Origin: Chromera velia
Lineage: Eukaryota
Reading direction: 5' to 3'
Length of the DNA stretch: 52,454 bases
Assembly (NCBI GenBank): GCA_018398765.1
Contig: JAHBMJ010000257.1
Span: forward strand, 1-52,454
Shown here: positions 1-12,227 of the stretch, piece by piece
Layout: each line of letters opens with the position of its first letter
Position numbering within the stretch: position 1 is the stretch's first letter
Program-made: the position numbers and the translations under genes
The notes under the pieces: model-generated
Told to the model about the DNA's origin: nothing
Databases searched by the model: none
Seen by the model: only the letters and a program-made list of their open reading frames with translations

Positions 1-21
1 CTCCCTCCCTCCCTCCCTCTC

Positions 22-88
<67 letters not shown>

Positions 89-95
89 CTCTTTC
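1..95. repeat. Compound microsatellite (CCCT)n/(CT)n/(CTTT)n
   Basis: Directly visible. Probably intronic for the minus-strand gene leaving the window. Confidence 0.9.
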
Positions 96-264
96 GTTCG
101 TGTTCAGTTCCGTCCCTTCTGTCTGCCTCCTGCCTTGACTTTTTTTTTTTGCTCTTGAGTGATGGTGCAGACTGTAATGTTCTTTTTCTTTTCGGCCTGA
201 CAGTCCTTTTGTACATCGTTCGTTCTGGCATCTGTACGCCTCACACCCACCCAACTGTTCCTAC

Positions 265-419
265 CCTGCTTTCGTTATCTCCGTGCCATTATTTTTTACC
301 CCCCCTTTTCTCTGACCCCACCTGACCTCATCGTAAAGCCGCTCGATGACGTCCTTCTGCCGTTCCGGGGAGACGGAGTACAGCCCTCGTATCAGGGAGT
401 CAACGTCAGCTGCGTTCAT
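265..419 (-). CDS. Probable first coding exon of an unknown gene running off the left edge, divergent from the cullin
   Basis: ATG at 419 gives MNAADVDSLIRGLYSVSPERQKDVIERLYDEVRWGQRKGG..., which looks globular. It ends at a donor-like GG|GTAGGA (GT at 264-263) followed by microsatellite-rich intron-like sequence. The start could lie further upstream. Confidence 0.45.
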
Positions 420-1300
420 CACTGCTGCAGATATCGAGGTGTCTGATGGCCGTTGGTCATGGAACACGCGGTACCGCAGCCCCGGGTAACCCAGGGCCAA
501 CATGCCTCTTCCCTTTGATGTGCAATCGTGCTGGTGACTTTGATGGATCGTCAATCTAAACCTCAAAGTGTGCGCCACAAAAGATTGGAATTTTTGCAGC
601 CGGCGTGAATGCCTTTTCCGACCAGCGAACCCGGTTTTGCCGCTCAGCGCAGAACGATCAGCTAGCTACTCGCGTCCGTCTCCGTCTCCTTCCAGCCCAC
701 CTTCGCTCAGTGTATATCGTCTCACCGCCAAACGCGGATCTTCAACCACAGCGAGGCGGACACAGAAGTTAGCTCGCAACTATTGAGCAGTATAGATCTG
801 AGCGGTTGATGGCGGTTAGATGTTTATATAGTGCACCGGGGCCACCAAAAAGGATGCCATGCTGTCAGAAAGAAAGATCTGCGGCGACGGGCACGCGCCG
901 GGGCCGCCGCGTGCGCCGCCGCGCGCGGTCAGAAAACTGCTGCCGCGGTTCGGAACCGAGGCAGAGTTTGACTTTGCAAACTTCACATGATCTTGACAAG
1001 AAGATTTCAACGTATTTCAACTTGAGACTGTCACCGCGACGGACGGGCCATCTACATACACGAACTTTGGGGCTGTTTGGAGGTTGTGACAGTGGCCTCC
1101 CCAGTTTTGGAACGGTAGGAGGGATTCGGGCATGGCTTGACGTGCAGATCGATAGATCGGTTTGCAGTCGCGTCTCCACTGAAGAGAAGAAACAATTTGT
1201 GGAGTGCTGCAGTGTCGATACTGCGGGCATTGTTTCCACTGGAGTTCTGTGTCTGAGGTCTTTTGGAAGTAGAATTTTGTGGTAGAAGTGTACAGCCAGT

Positions 1301-4300
1301 ATGCCTCCCATCGTACCACTAGAGGAAGGATGGGAGAAGCTGCGGACGCAGGGCATAGAGGTCCTGGAGGCTTTTCTTGACACGGGGAAGGCGAGGGAGA
1401 TCGGTGAGGGGGACAAAAAGAAGTTGGTGGTCTTCTCGGTATCAGAATACTCAGCGCTCTACACGTCAGTTGAGCGAGGAGAGGTTGAGGTGTTCATGCG
1501 CATCCCTTTGGGTTTGTGAAGAGATTGTTGAAAAAGCGCATTTGGAGACGGATTCTTTCATTAGCTCGATTTCTGATGAATCTCCTCGTTCTCCATTCTT
1601 TTGAATCCCCCTTGGCCTCTCTGCTTTCCTGCAGGACTGTCTACAATATGTGCACACAGAGGGCCCCGAACAACTGGTCGGAGAAACTTTACGAGAGATA
1701 CAGCTCGTCCATCGCCAAATACGTGAAAGAGAAGGTGGGTAGGTTGGCGTAGAGCAGCACTCGTTGGGGGGGGGAAGAGGGAGAATGTGACGGTGGGTGA
1801 GGGGAACGGCCCACGGCAGTTGTGAATGAGGACGACTGTGGAGATCGGACAAGGAGCTGGGTGGAAGCTCTCATCGATTGCAGGTTTTCTTTTCTTTCTT
1901 TGTTCCTTGATTCCCTTTTTCTTCCTCCCCCCCTTCCGTCTCTTCTCTCCACCCAATCTCCATAGGGTTGGGAGAAAAGAGCCTGCCTGCATGAGTGATT
2001 TCCGTCTTTCTTGCAGGTCCTGCCGGCCCTTCGCTCTCGCAGTGGGCTTCCCCTCTTGCAAGAGCTGGTGAAGCGATGGGAGAACCACAAGATTTACATC
2101 AAGTGGCTCGAAAAGTTCTTCTCATACCTGGTGCGTCCGTCAGTCTGTCTGTGCATGGGTTTATTTCTGTGTCTGTAGTACAAAAGAATCATCTGAATAG
2201 ACAAACTATGAGGCAGAGGTTCAGAGCCCTTTCGTCTGTCTCTTTTGTTGTGCACGGTGGAGTTTTCGCTTACCGTTTGTCCTTCTGGTTGCGCGATTTA
2301 TCGGTTCTGTCTGCATCCCCTATCCCTGCTGTCCATCTCGCTTGGAGTCCGCCGGTGCACAGTCTTTAAGACTGAAATTAAATTTGCGCCTCTTGTTTGC
2401 AGGATCGTTACTACGTGAAGCTGCAGTCCGTGGAGACCCTCAAACAGAAGGGAATCTCAATCTTTCATAATTTGGTCCGTCCGTAAAGGGAACTGAGTCG
2501 GTTTCCCGATGGATTGGTGCATTGGATATTTTGCGCTGTTGCTTCACGTACACTTTTGTCGAGAGGTGGAGAGGCTGGGCAACAAGCGAAAACGTGAAGC
2601 GTTAGTCATCTGAACATGATATACTGGCTGGGCCGAACAACAATGATCAATCAGCTTTAATTCATGGGTGTTCTTTCTACATGCATGAATGCATGCACAC
2701 TTTCTTTCATGCAGGTGTTTGAAGAGGTTAAGAAGGACGCAAAGAATGCGATGTTGGAAGCGATCGACCGTGAGAGATGTGGTCAGTCAGTAATTTGGTC
2801 TTTCGCTTCTCCGCTGGTGTCCCTCCCGTTCTCTTGCCTCAGTACAGTTTGGCTGGCACACCCCTCTCCTCTTCCTTCTGCCTTCCTCTGAGACCTTTTT
2901 ACGCACGCCAGAGTCGTAAAAAGAAAGCAGTCACGCACGGGAGGGCAAAGGGAGTCGGTCGGGGGACTCCTGCATGCTGTTTGTGCGTCTTTCTGGGTTG
3001 GCAGCTCGCCTGCCTGTCTAATTATCTGCACCCCACCCATGCAGGCTGTCTCTCTCAGGCATCGTTACAGTCTCCTATGCGTTTTGTTCTTTCCTTGCCC
3101 TTTGCGCCCGTGAATCACACCCTGGGCCCGCCTCTCTCTGTGTGTGTGTGTGTATGTGTGTGTGTATGCGTGCGTGCAGGAGAGAAACTTGACCAGGACC
3201 TCTTCCAAGGTCAGACGCGCACCCTGCACGCGGACCAGAGGGGCACTCTCCCTCTTTCTCTCTCTCTTCGTCTTTCTCGCACAGTCGGGAGGAGGGAGGG
3301 ATAGAGGGAGGGAGGGAGGGAGGGAGGGAAAGAGCGAGGCGAACCGAGAGACGCCCTGGCAAGACATACCGATGGGTAAAGCTATCGACAGACGAAGCTC
3401 GCAGACAGACAGACAGACAGGCAGGCAGAGAGAGAGGGGGGGTTCTTTTAAGATCATGCGTACCTCTAATCCAATCTGTGTGTTTGTTTGATTATTTGTG
3501 CAGGAGCCCTGGACCTGTACATTGGGCTGGGTTCTGGCTCTCTGGACGTTTACGTGCGGGAGTTCGAGGAGTTCCTTCTGCCTGCCACCAGCGATTTCTA
3601 CGTCAAGCAGGCGAGCGGGTGGTTGCAGATGGACTCGTTCCCCGAATATCTTCGCAAGGCAGAGGTCAGTGAAGGAGAGCGGTATGAGGGATGTAGGGAG
3701 GGCATGGGGGAAACGTCCAGGTAAAAAAATGTGGACGTTTGAACAACTGCCTTTCTTTCTTTGTCCATCCGTATACGCTTGCCTGTCTGTCCACCTACCT
3801 GTCTGTTTCTTTGTTTGCAGGAGTGCCTGCGAGAGGAGGATCTCCGTGTGGAGAGAATTCTGCATAGAACGACAGGATCCAAAGTTAGGGCTGTGGTCAT
3901 CAACGCGTTGCTCGCACAGCCCCAGAGGCAGCTCCTCGAGAAGGAAACTGCCCTCTTTTACCTCCTGGAGAACGAGAAGAGAGTGGTCAGTCACTGAGTT
4001 ACGTCTTTCTTCGTCCAGTTACTGCATACATACCCTTTCTTCTGTTTGTCGGACCGTCTGGCAATCTGTCAGAAAAAAAAAAAGTCGCACTGTCTCCATG
4101 TGCAGGCTGCAATGGTTTCAGCGTCGTGCTAATTTTTTCGCTTTCGGGTTGGTCCGATAGGAAGGCAAGGGAGTGTATTCAAGAACACACAACACACACG
4201 TCCAAAACAAGTGAGGAAGCCTTACCTCTGGTTTGTTTTTGGGTGCGATTCATTGTTCCTTTCCATTGTCGAGACCATTCCGAAACACTTTCCATTCCCT

Positions 4301-7300
4301 TCCATTTTGTGCAAAACCCTCCACTTCCTTCTCTCTCTCGGATTGTTAACTTCTTTCTTCGTCTTCCTTCCTTCCCTCCTTTCTCCATCCAGGATCTGAC
4401 GAGGACCCATCGTCTCTTCTCTCTCGTTGAGGACGGAAACCTCCCTGTTGCGTCCCATTTCCGGCAATTTGTGACGGACAAGGGAAACGCACAGGTGGGT
4501 CACGTCATTTTGGGTGTTTTTTTCCTGCTGTTACGCAAGCGTTGTTGGATGCCGTTGCGTTCTGCATGTCTTTCGGATTTTGTACTTCTCTTCGCTCCTG
4601 AACAGAATAAGGTTTTGCGCCTTTCCTCTTTACCTTCTTCGAGGCATATCGGCACACTTCTCTCTCTCAGAAAAACAAAAACTCGTCCTCATTTGGCTCT
4701 CTTGATCTCCGAGCCCGTCTTTGCAGGTCGATGCGCGGGTTGAAATTATGAAGTCGCAGCCCAAGGTGGACCTCTCGGTGGGTAGGCAGGGGTGTTTTTC
4801 TTTTATATGTGTGAGGAAAGATGAGCTCTTATTCTCTTTCACTTGATATACGGAAAACTGTAAACCCTTACAGACAAATTCCCTCCTTCCCTGTCCTTTT
4901 CCCTCTCTTCGTTCCCGCCTTGACAGACCCACTTGCTGTTTCCGGATGCCTGCCTTTCTCTGTATTTCTGTCTCTCTGCCTGGCTGCCAAAAGAAGTCAT
5001 ATGGTCTATCTGGCTGGCTGAAGAAAGAAAAAAGATAAAAAGAAGTCATGTAGTCCGTCTGTCTGATTGTGTCTGCTTGCTGCCTCTCTGCCTGCCTGCC
5101 TTCGTGCCTGCAGGACCCCACGTTCATGCAGAGCATGGTGGACCTCCACGTGAACTTCAAGGGTCGGAGGGGGGGGGGGCAGATGGACAAGGAAGGAAGG
5201 AAGGAGAGAGAGGGAATCAAGAGGAAAAGAGGAATGCGGAAACATCGGCTCATTGAAAAAGAAGACTGCAGCTGGGAAAAGAAAGGCAGAGAGAAGGGGT
5301 GGAGAGATGCCGGCGAACGGTGGGAGAGACTCGTGTATGTTGACTGGGCCAAGCAGGCTGCCCTCTGTATGTCTCCCCCATATGCTTTCCCCGAAAAGGT
5401 GATCGCGCAGAACGATTGGACAGCTAGGTCTGGGTGTGGGGTTTTTCAAGGTTAGAAGAGCACGACCTCATGTTCCTTCGGCATATCCCTTCCTTCTCCG
5501 CTCCCCTTTTCTTCCTTCTCTCTCCATTTCGCTTGTGCGTTCTTCGCAGGAATCGTCGAGGAGTGCTTCGGAGACGATGCCCTGTTCCAGAAAGCATTGA
5601 AGGAAGGTGAGTGCCGACTGCTTGTGCCATGCTTGTTCCTTGGTCAAAGGGTCCTCCCTAAAGCGGTCGAGGGAAGTCACCCTTGTGTGTGGTCATTGAA
5701 GAAAGTATTCATTATTGGTCTTCTAGCTTTTCATCTCTTTGATTCATCCGTTTCTATTCTCTCCTGAACACGGCGTCACCAAGCCGGTCTGTCCATCTGC
5801 CTGCTCCCGTGCCTCTTCTTTCTGCCTTTCTTGCGTCTGCCTCTTCCCTCGGACCGTTTCTCGAGCAGAACAAAATGCATACATAAAAGGGTTCATTGTG
5901 TCATCCATGAACGGTTGCAGCGTTTGAGAATTTCATCAACAGAGATGTCGGCAAGGTGGGTCTCTCTCTGCCTCTCCCCCTGAGGGAAAGAACTTCTTTG
6001 TCCGGCCTCTTGTCTCTTCTGTGGTTTTCGTATGCTGTCCGTAGGCAGAGAAAAAGAAAGAGAGGCCCGTTTTTGCGTGTTGTTTCGTGGTGGGGTGGAA
6101 ATTGTGGCGGAGTCTGTAGATCTTTTTGACTCGCGGTGCAGTCTTTTTTTAAATTTGTTTTTGCTTTGCGCATGTTCTTCGATGCCCCTCTACAGATTCG
6201 GTGATTTGTCCGTCAATCAATCAATCCGTTCATCTGGAGGACCCCTTTTTTCTTTCTCTCCTTCTTTCTGTCTCTCTTCCTTCCTTCCTTCCTTCCTAAC
6301 TTTCTTCCTTCCTTCCTTGCCTTCTTTGTGCATGCAGTTCTCCTTCGCAGCTTTGATGTCCTCCTTCTGCGATCGGATCTTGAAGAAGTCCGGAGAGAAG
6401 TGGTCGGATGAACAGGTCAGTCAGCAGCCAGGCAGGCAATCAGCGTCGGAGGCCTGGCTGGCCTTGTCTCCAAGTATTTGTTTGTTCCCCTTTTCCTCTT
6501 TTTGTCCGTCTAGCCCAGAGTTTTCTTTGCGACTTTTTACGAAGAAAAAAGGGGAGACAGAGCGATGGGGGGGGGGAGGGAAGGGGTCATTCATGGAAAG
6601 TTTCCCTCCCAAGAACGCTGCCCGGTCGGGAATGTCTCTCTTCCTTCCTCCCTTCCTTCCTTCCTGCCTTCCTTCCTTCCTTGCCTCCTGATCTCTTGTT
6701 TTTCAGGTCGAGCTTGCTCTCTCTCGGGTCGTCGAGTTGTTCGCTTTCTTGACCGACAAGGATTTCTTCGCGGAGATTTACAGAGGGCAGCTGGCAAAGA
6801 GAATGCTGTACGAGATGAGCGCCTCAGACGATGCGGAAAAGTCCATGATCGCCAAACTAAAGCTGAAGTGCGGTGCGCAGTTCACATCGAAACTTGAGGG
6901 CATGGTCAACGATCTGCAACTTGCAGGGGTCGGTCAGTGCGTGTGATTTTTTTTTTCCTCAAGGAAAGGCGTGTGAGGGCTTTTTGTGGAGTTTTGGAGT
7001 GGCAGACCTTTGCGTGTTCTCGCGTGGGCTCCAGAATTTCGGCGCAGCTTCTGCGGGATTTTGCATTCACTGACTTGTGTGGCCTGCTTGACTGCCTGCA
7101 GGACCTCCAAAAAGAATTCGACGAGCACACGCAGAAGATGGAGAACCCGAAGGCCTCTCTTGGAGGGATGGAGGTCTCCGTACAGGTCCTCACGACGGGG
7201 TTCTGGCCGTCGTATCAAAGTCAGTCAGCAAGGAAGCAGTTTGGTCCACTCTGCATTTCACCAGCATTTGAGAGAAGAACAACTCCGTTTGTCTGTCCGC

Positions 7301-7745
7301 ATACCCTGCGGCAATCATTCGATGTCGCGCAGAAAGGAAAGGAGATCATGGCTCAAATGCGCGCGCAGTCGATGTACAGGGTCTGTCTGTCTGTCTGTCT
7401 GTCGAAATTTCTACTCCTGTGTGTGTGTGTGTGTACAGATTTGTCCTTCCCCTTCTCTACGCTCCGCACCTTCTCATTTCTCCCTCCCTCCCTTCCTCCC
7501 TCCCTCTGCAGCCCACGAGATCAACCTGGCGCCTGAGATGCAGAAGGCTCTCGCGACCTTCCAGACCTTCTACGGCCAGAAGACCTCCCACAGGAGGCTC
7601 ACGTGGGTGCACACACTTGGCAGCGCCGTGTTGAGGGCCCAGATGAGCTCGGCCTCCAAGGTGCACGACCTGATCGTCAACACCTACCAGGTCTGCTCCC
7701 AGTGCCCTTCTGTTCTCTTCTGCTGTTGTGGTCTGTTTTGTTGTT

Positions 7746-7796
<51 letters not shown>

Positions 7797-7914
7797 CAGA
7801 GAGACAGTTTGTGTATGTGTGGGCCTCCGCTCTTTGTTGTTCTCGCGGGGGAAAGTGAGAGAGACGCTGAACGGAAAGTGTGGATGGAGTTCCGTTCGGG
7901 TGGTAAAGAGAACG

Positions 7915-7952
<38 letters not shown>

Positions 7953-10809
7953 GGGAGGGGCCGGGGGGGGGGAGAGACTCTACAGGGTGTTTCGCAGCTC
8001 CATGTGTTCTTGTTTCGCGTTGAAGTCAAATAAGTCGCTGGAACTTTTCTTGTCTTAGTTGTCTTCTCGTGTATTGCCTTCGTTTTCTTTTCGTCCATTC
8101 CTTTTTTTTTCTTGGTGCCCGCTCAATCACTCTTGACATCAAGGGGAGTTCTTTGTCATTTCTTCTCTCCCACTGTTTTTTCTACTCGTGAAATTCGCTG
8201 GATTGACTTGCATCATGCACTCTTTGTGTTGAGGGCATGCAGACCTGCATCTTGTTGCTGTACAACCGAGAGACAGAGTTGAGCTTCCAGGCCATTGCCT
8301 CTTCACTCAATGTGGAGGAATTGTTCGTGAAGAAGCAGCTGGCCACTCTCACGTTCGGAAAGTTCCGTCTCCTCAAGAAAGTCAGGAAGGAGCCGGCACC
8401 GGGGGCAGAGGGAGGAGATGGGTCCACAACGGCCGCAGCAGCTTCATCCAAGGAGAAGGAGGAGGGCGGAGCGGCAGCCGAGGGCGCAGGAGGAAAGGAA
8501 AAGCAAACGGTGAGTTACGGTAAACAAAGAAAACTTATCTGAAAAGAATATCAGAACTGAAGCGACAACTGGGAGTGTTGAGGGAATCGCCCGAAGTTAT
8601 TTTTTCGTTAATGTGGGTAGCGCATTGATCATTTCTTTGGTCGGTCTTGTACGACGACGTTGACCAACCATCCGCCTGTTTTTGTGAGCTTGAGAGGAAA
8701 ACATATGAACGGTCCAGTTATCGATCGATCGATCGATCGATAATGTTGTGAGTTCTCTTTTCAGCGCATCCCTTAATTCATTGATTCGTTCGTTCGTTCG
8801 TTCGTGCAGATTTCCTCCAGCGATTCGTTCGAATTGAACACGGCATTCTCGTGTCCAAACCGGAAAATCAAAATTCCGTCTCCGGCAACAGAAGAGTCGC
8901 ATGCGAGAGGTTCGTGTGGTATGGTTTGACTGACGGGTCGCGGGGACACTCGTGGATGGGCTTGGATTAGGGGGTCTTTTGTTTTTGAGCTGGACTCTTT
9001 TTTCCTTCTTTTTGTCGCTTGCGGAGTCTGCTTCTTCCCGCCTCCCCGCCTCCAAGATGGCGAGATGGATTCCGTAGGCTCATCCTGAATACCGTCCATC
9101 ACAAGAATGAGCCTAGTTCCCTTCCCCCCCCCCCCCNCCCCCCCTCTCTTGTGTGAGTGTGCGCGAAGCCTTCATTTACTTTCTTGTGCTGGGACAGTCG
9201 TTTCTCTGTTCATCCGCGCAAACTCCTTTCAGTTTTCTCCTCTCTGTTCCTTTTCATTTTTGTCTTCTCCATCTTCTTCTCTGTGGTGCAAATGGTTTAA
9301 CCTCCTGTCCTTCCTTCCCCCTTTCCTCCTTCCTGCCTGTGCACAAAACAAAACAGAACGGGTGGAAGAAGATCGTTCCATCGCCATCGAGGCGGCTGTG
9401 GTGAGAATAATGAAGGCTAGAAAGGTTCGTTCGTTGATTCCTTTGCCTGTGAGAGGTTCTTCTTACACCAAAAGATACCTTCTTCTTCTCTCTGACTGTT
9501 TCTGTCTTTTCTTCTGTCTGACTGGTTGAACGGAGGTCGTGTGGTCTTTCCGGACTTTTTGTTCCTTTATGGCTCTGTGATTCCTTCCGTACAGTCCTCT
9601 TTCTTTGTCGAAAGCCTTCTTTCTTTCTCTTCCCATTGTTGGAGAGGGTCTGGTGCTCCTCTGGGGTTCCAGAGAGAGATTGCCCTTCTCGACTGACGAA
9701 AAGCTTTGCGGCTTTTTTCAGCTTGGCCTCTGCTGCGTGTGAACGGAACGGAAATGCACGGCCCTAGAGAGCAACCAAAGTCATCTGTTTGGGTGCAGAT
9801 GAACGCAGAAAGAAGAAAACGGACGATGCATCCCTCTGTGATTCCCTGTGAGACTGTCTGCATTGCTTTGCTCGTTTATTCATTGTTCTCTTCCGTTCGA
9901 GTGAGTGCAGACGCTGAGCCACCAGCAACTTGTAACGGAAACTCTGCAGCAGTTGTCCTTCTTTAAACCCAATCCTAGGGTCAGTCAGTCAGTCAGTCAG
10001 TCAATCAGTCAGTAAGTCAGGCAGTCAGTCAGTCAGGCAGTCAATCAATCAGTCAGTCAGTCAGTCCGTCAGTCCAGTCAGACAGTCAGTCAGTCAGTGA
10101 AGGCATCCGATAGGGTCGAGGTGGCCTCTTTAAGTGAAGGGTCGTTTTGCTGCCTGCTGGCTCTGCGTCTCTGTAGGACAGACGGACCCGTCAATTCGAA
10201 GGGGCCTTCTCCTTGTTTTTCTTTCCTTTCTTTGCGTCTTCCTTCCTTCCCCCGCTTTCCTCCGGTTATTTGTTGTATTCTATTCTGTTGCTTTACATGC
10301 GGTGAGCAACGCTGGGCGGGGGACAGAGTGAGCATTCACAATTCTGCAAACCTTCTGGAAGGGAAATCGCCTCCCTGCACCCGCCTCTGCCTCTTGTATT
10401 TCCTGCAAAGAAAGAAACGAATTTCTCAAAAAAATAAAGGCATATCCAATCTACTTTGTGCAGGCCATCAAGACTCGAATCGAACATCTGATTGAGAGAG
10501 AGTACCTTGAGAGACAGCCCGGACAGGTTGGTTTGTAGTTTTGTTCCTTCGTGAAGCTTTGGCTGACTGCTTCTCGCAGTTCCACAGGCTTTCTCGATTC
10601 TATTAGTATATGGTCCGTTGGCCTGTCTTGTCCTTTCTTCTCTTTTCTTCTCTTCGTTATCATTTGGGTTTTCTGCGATTTCTTCTCCACCGCTTATCGA
10701 TGCACTGTTCATGAACCAGCCACACCAGGTATTTTTTTGTTTTTTACATGTTCGCGTCATGTGTGTTTCCCTGTGTCTGCAGACGAATACGTACCGCTAC
10801 CTAGCCTGA
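1301..10809 (+). CDS. CUL1: Cullin (CUL1-like) E3 ubiquitin ligase scaffold, 23 exons, ~785 aa
   Basis: Phase-consistent GT-AG exons: 1301-1464, 1635-1734, 2017-2130, 2403-2474, 2715-2781, 3180-3209, 3504-3664, 3821-3985, 4393-4494, 4727-4777, 5114-5162, 5550-5606, 5921-5955, 6338-6415, 6707-6928, 7102-7219, 7512-7690, 8243-8509, 8810-8909, 9357-9424, 9911-9979, 10464-10526, 10783-10809 (2358 nt). Cullin motifs: LYTTVYNMCTQ, FFSYLDRYYV, DKDFFAEIYRGQLAKR, FTSKLEGMVND, VLTTGFWP, RRLTW, neddylation motif IEAAVVRIMKARK, IEHLIEREYLER, C-terminal YRYLA*. The subfamily call rests on resemblance to plant/protist CUL1. Confidence 0.95.
9980..10097 (+). repeat. Imperfect (GTCA)n tetranucleotide array starting exactly at a cullin 5' splice site
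   Basis: gtcagtcagtcagtc... for about 118 bp with gtaa/ggca/atca variants. Confidence 0.9.
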
Positions 10810-12227
10810 GTGTTTCGTCTTCTCTGCGGGGGGCGTCGGTGCCGAGGTGGCGATTTTGCGGTTTCGGAGTCACAAAACTCCAAAAGAAAGACGGAAAAGG
10901 CGTTCTCCTCGTTCTCTTCTCGGCAAGCAGGGGACTGGGGGTCATCAGAAACAGCACGTCATTTGCGATCAATGAGGTGGCAACGGGCACAGGGGAAAGG
11001 AAAGGCAAAGAAGGGAAACCGGTGTACTGAATACGAAGAAAGTGAAGGAGGGAAGATCGATCGATTGGTGTCGGGAAGTTTCATTCCTATTGGAGCAGTC
11101 AATATTTCTACTCTGCCTGATGTTCTCTCTAGCTCTCATTCTCTCTCTCTTCTTCTCTTCATCTCTTCCTTTCCCCATCCCTCGGAGTCTAGTTCCAAGA
11201 GGGTTGGACACGCATGGTTTCTTTTTTTCTTTCGGGGAAGCGACGGGGGACTGAAAAGGACAGGGCAGCTTTCTGGGCGCCGCTGCGTGTATGCAGTACG
11301 TCGGAGATGCGATGCCTACAGGCAGTGCTCTGTTTGAAAGAAACGCCCTAGTAGACGCCGCGATAGCGAGAGGTCGCCCCTCCTGGCGGCCCTCGTGCAC
11401 AATTGTATCAATACAACAACAACTATCAATACAAACAACAACTTTCGCAATAATTCGAAACTTGCATCTATAAGCATATTTTAAACTTTTAATGTTAAAG
11501 TTTACTTAATTTAGCCTGAGTATTTGGTTTCATTACTTTTTAGTCTAGTTTTTATTGTAAACATATTTGATATAGAATTAAAAGTTCTAGCTGGTAATAT
11601 TGGTAGCAAGGGACATTGACGGTAGCTTATGACCACTGGAAGTAAAGAGAACCTAACTTCTGACACTGAGTCGAATGCATATTAAATCTAGTATTAAATC
11701 TAGTATCAGTTTAGTATCATATGATGTAGTGTCCTAGTAGTACCTCCTGGTGCTGTTCTGCCGCCGCCGTTCGGTCCTTCTCGCATGCGTACCGCCTTTA
11801 CTTCGATCGCCCGCCGCCGCGTTCTGTCTGGCTAGCCCTGGAAAGCTTGTTTTTGCGTTTACGCAGGGACCGGTCATATTTAATTCACCCTCAGCTATCT
11901 TGCTGAGATTGTTCGTTCCGTTTGTCCGGTCGTGAGTCTGTCCTTTCTTAGCAAGCTAGCAGAAGCCAAGTCCAAGTTTAACTGTGAATCTCTCGACTCT
12001 ACGAACGGCTAAGGATCTTCTCATATCATATCCCTTAGCTGACTGAGATTTTTAGACTGAGCTGGAGTTTGAAGAGTCTATAAATCTGCCTCTCCGTCTA
12101 GGCCTCGTCTCTGGTCTAGCTCTCCGTCTATCCTGCCGCTACCTCTAAAGCGGTAGGAAGTTACTACAATGATTAAAAGAAAATAAAGTAAAAACACGTA
12201 TTCCATAAAATTTAAAAAAGTAGATGC

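Noticed and set aside
3065..8098. Long minus-strand and alternative-frame ORFs over the cullin gene (e.g. 309, 240 and 213 aa)
   Set aside because: They are antisense or intron read-through products of microsatellite-rich sequence with no protein-like content.
9125..9145. Poly-C run containing an N (also at 25094)
   Set aside because: An assembly ambiguity in a homopolymer, not a biological feature.
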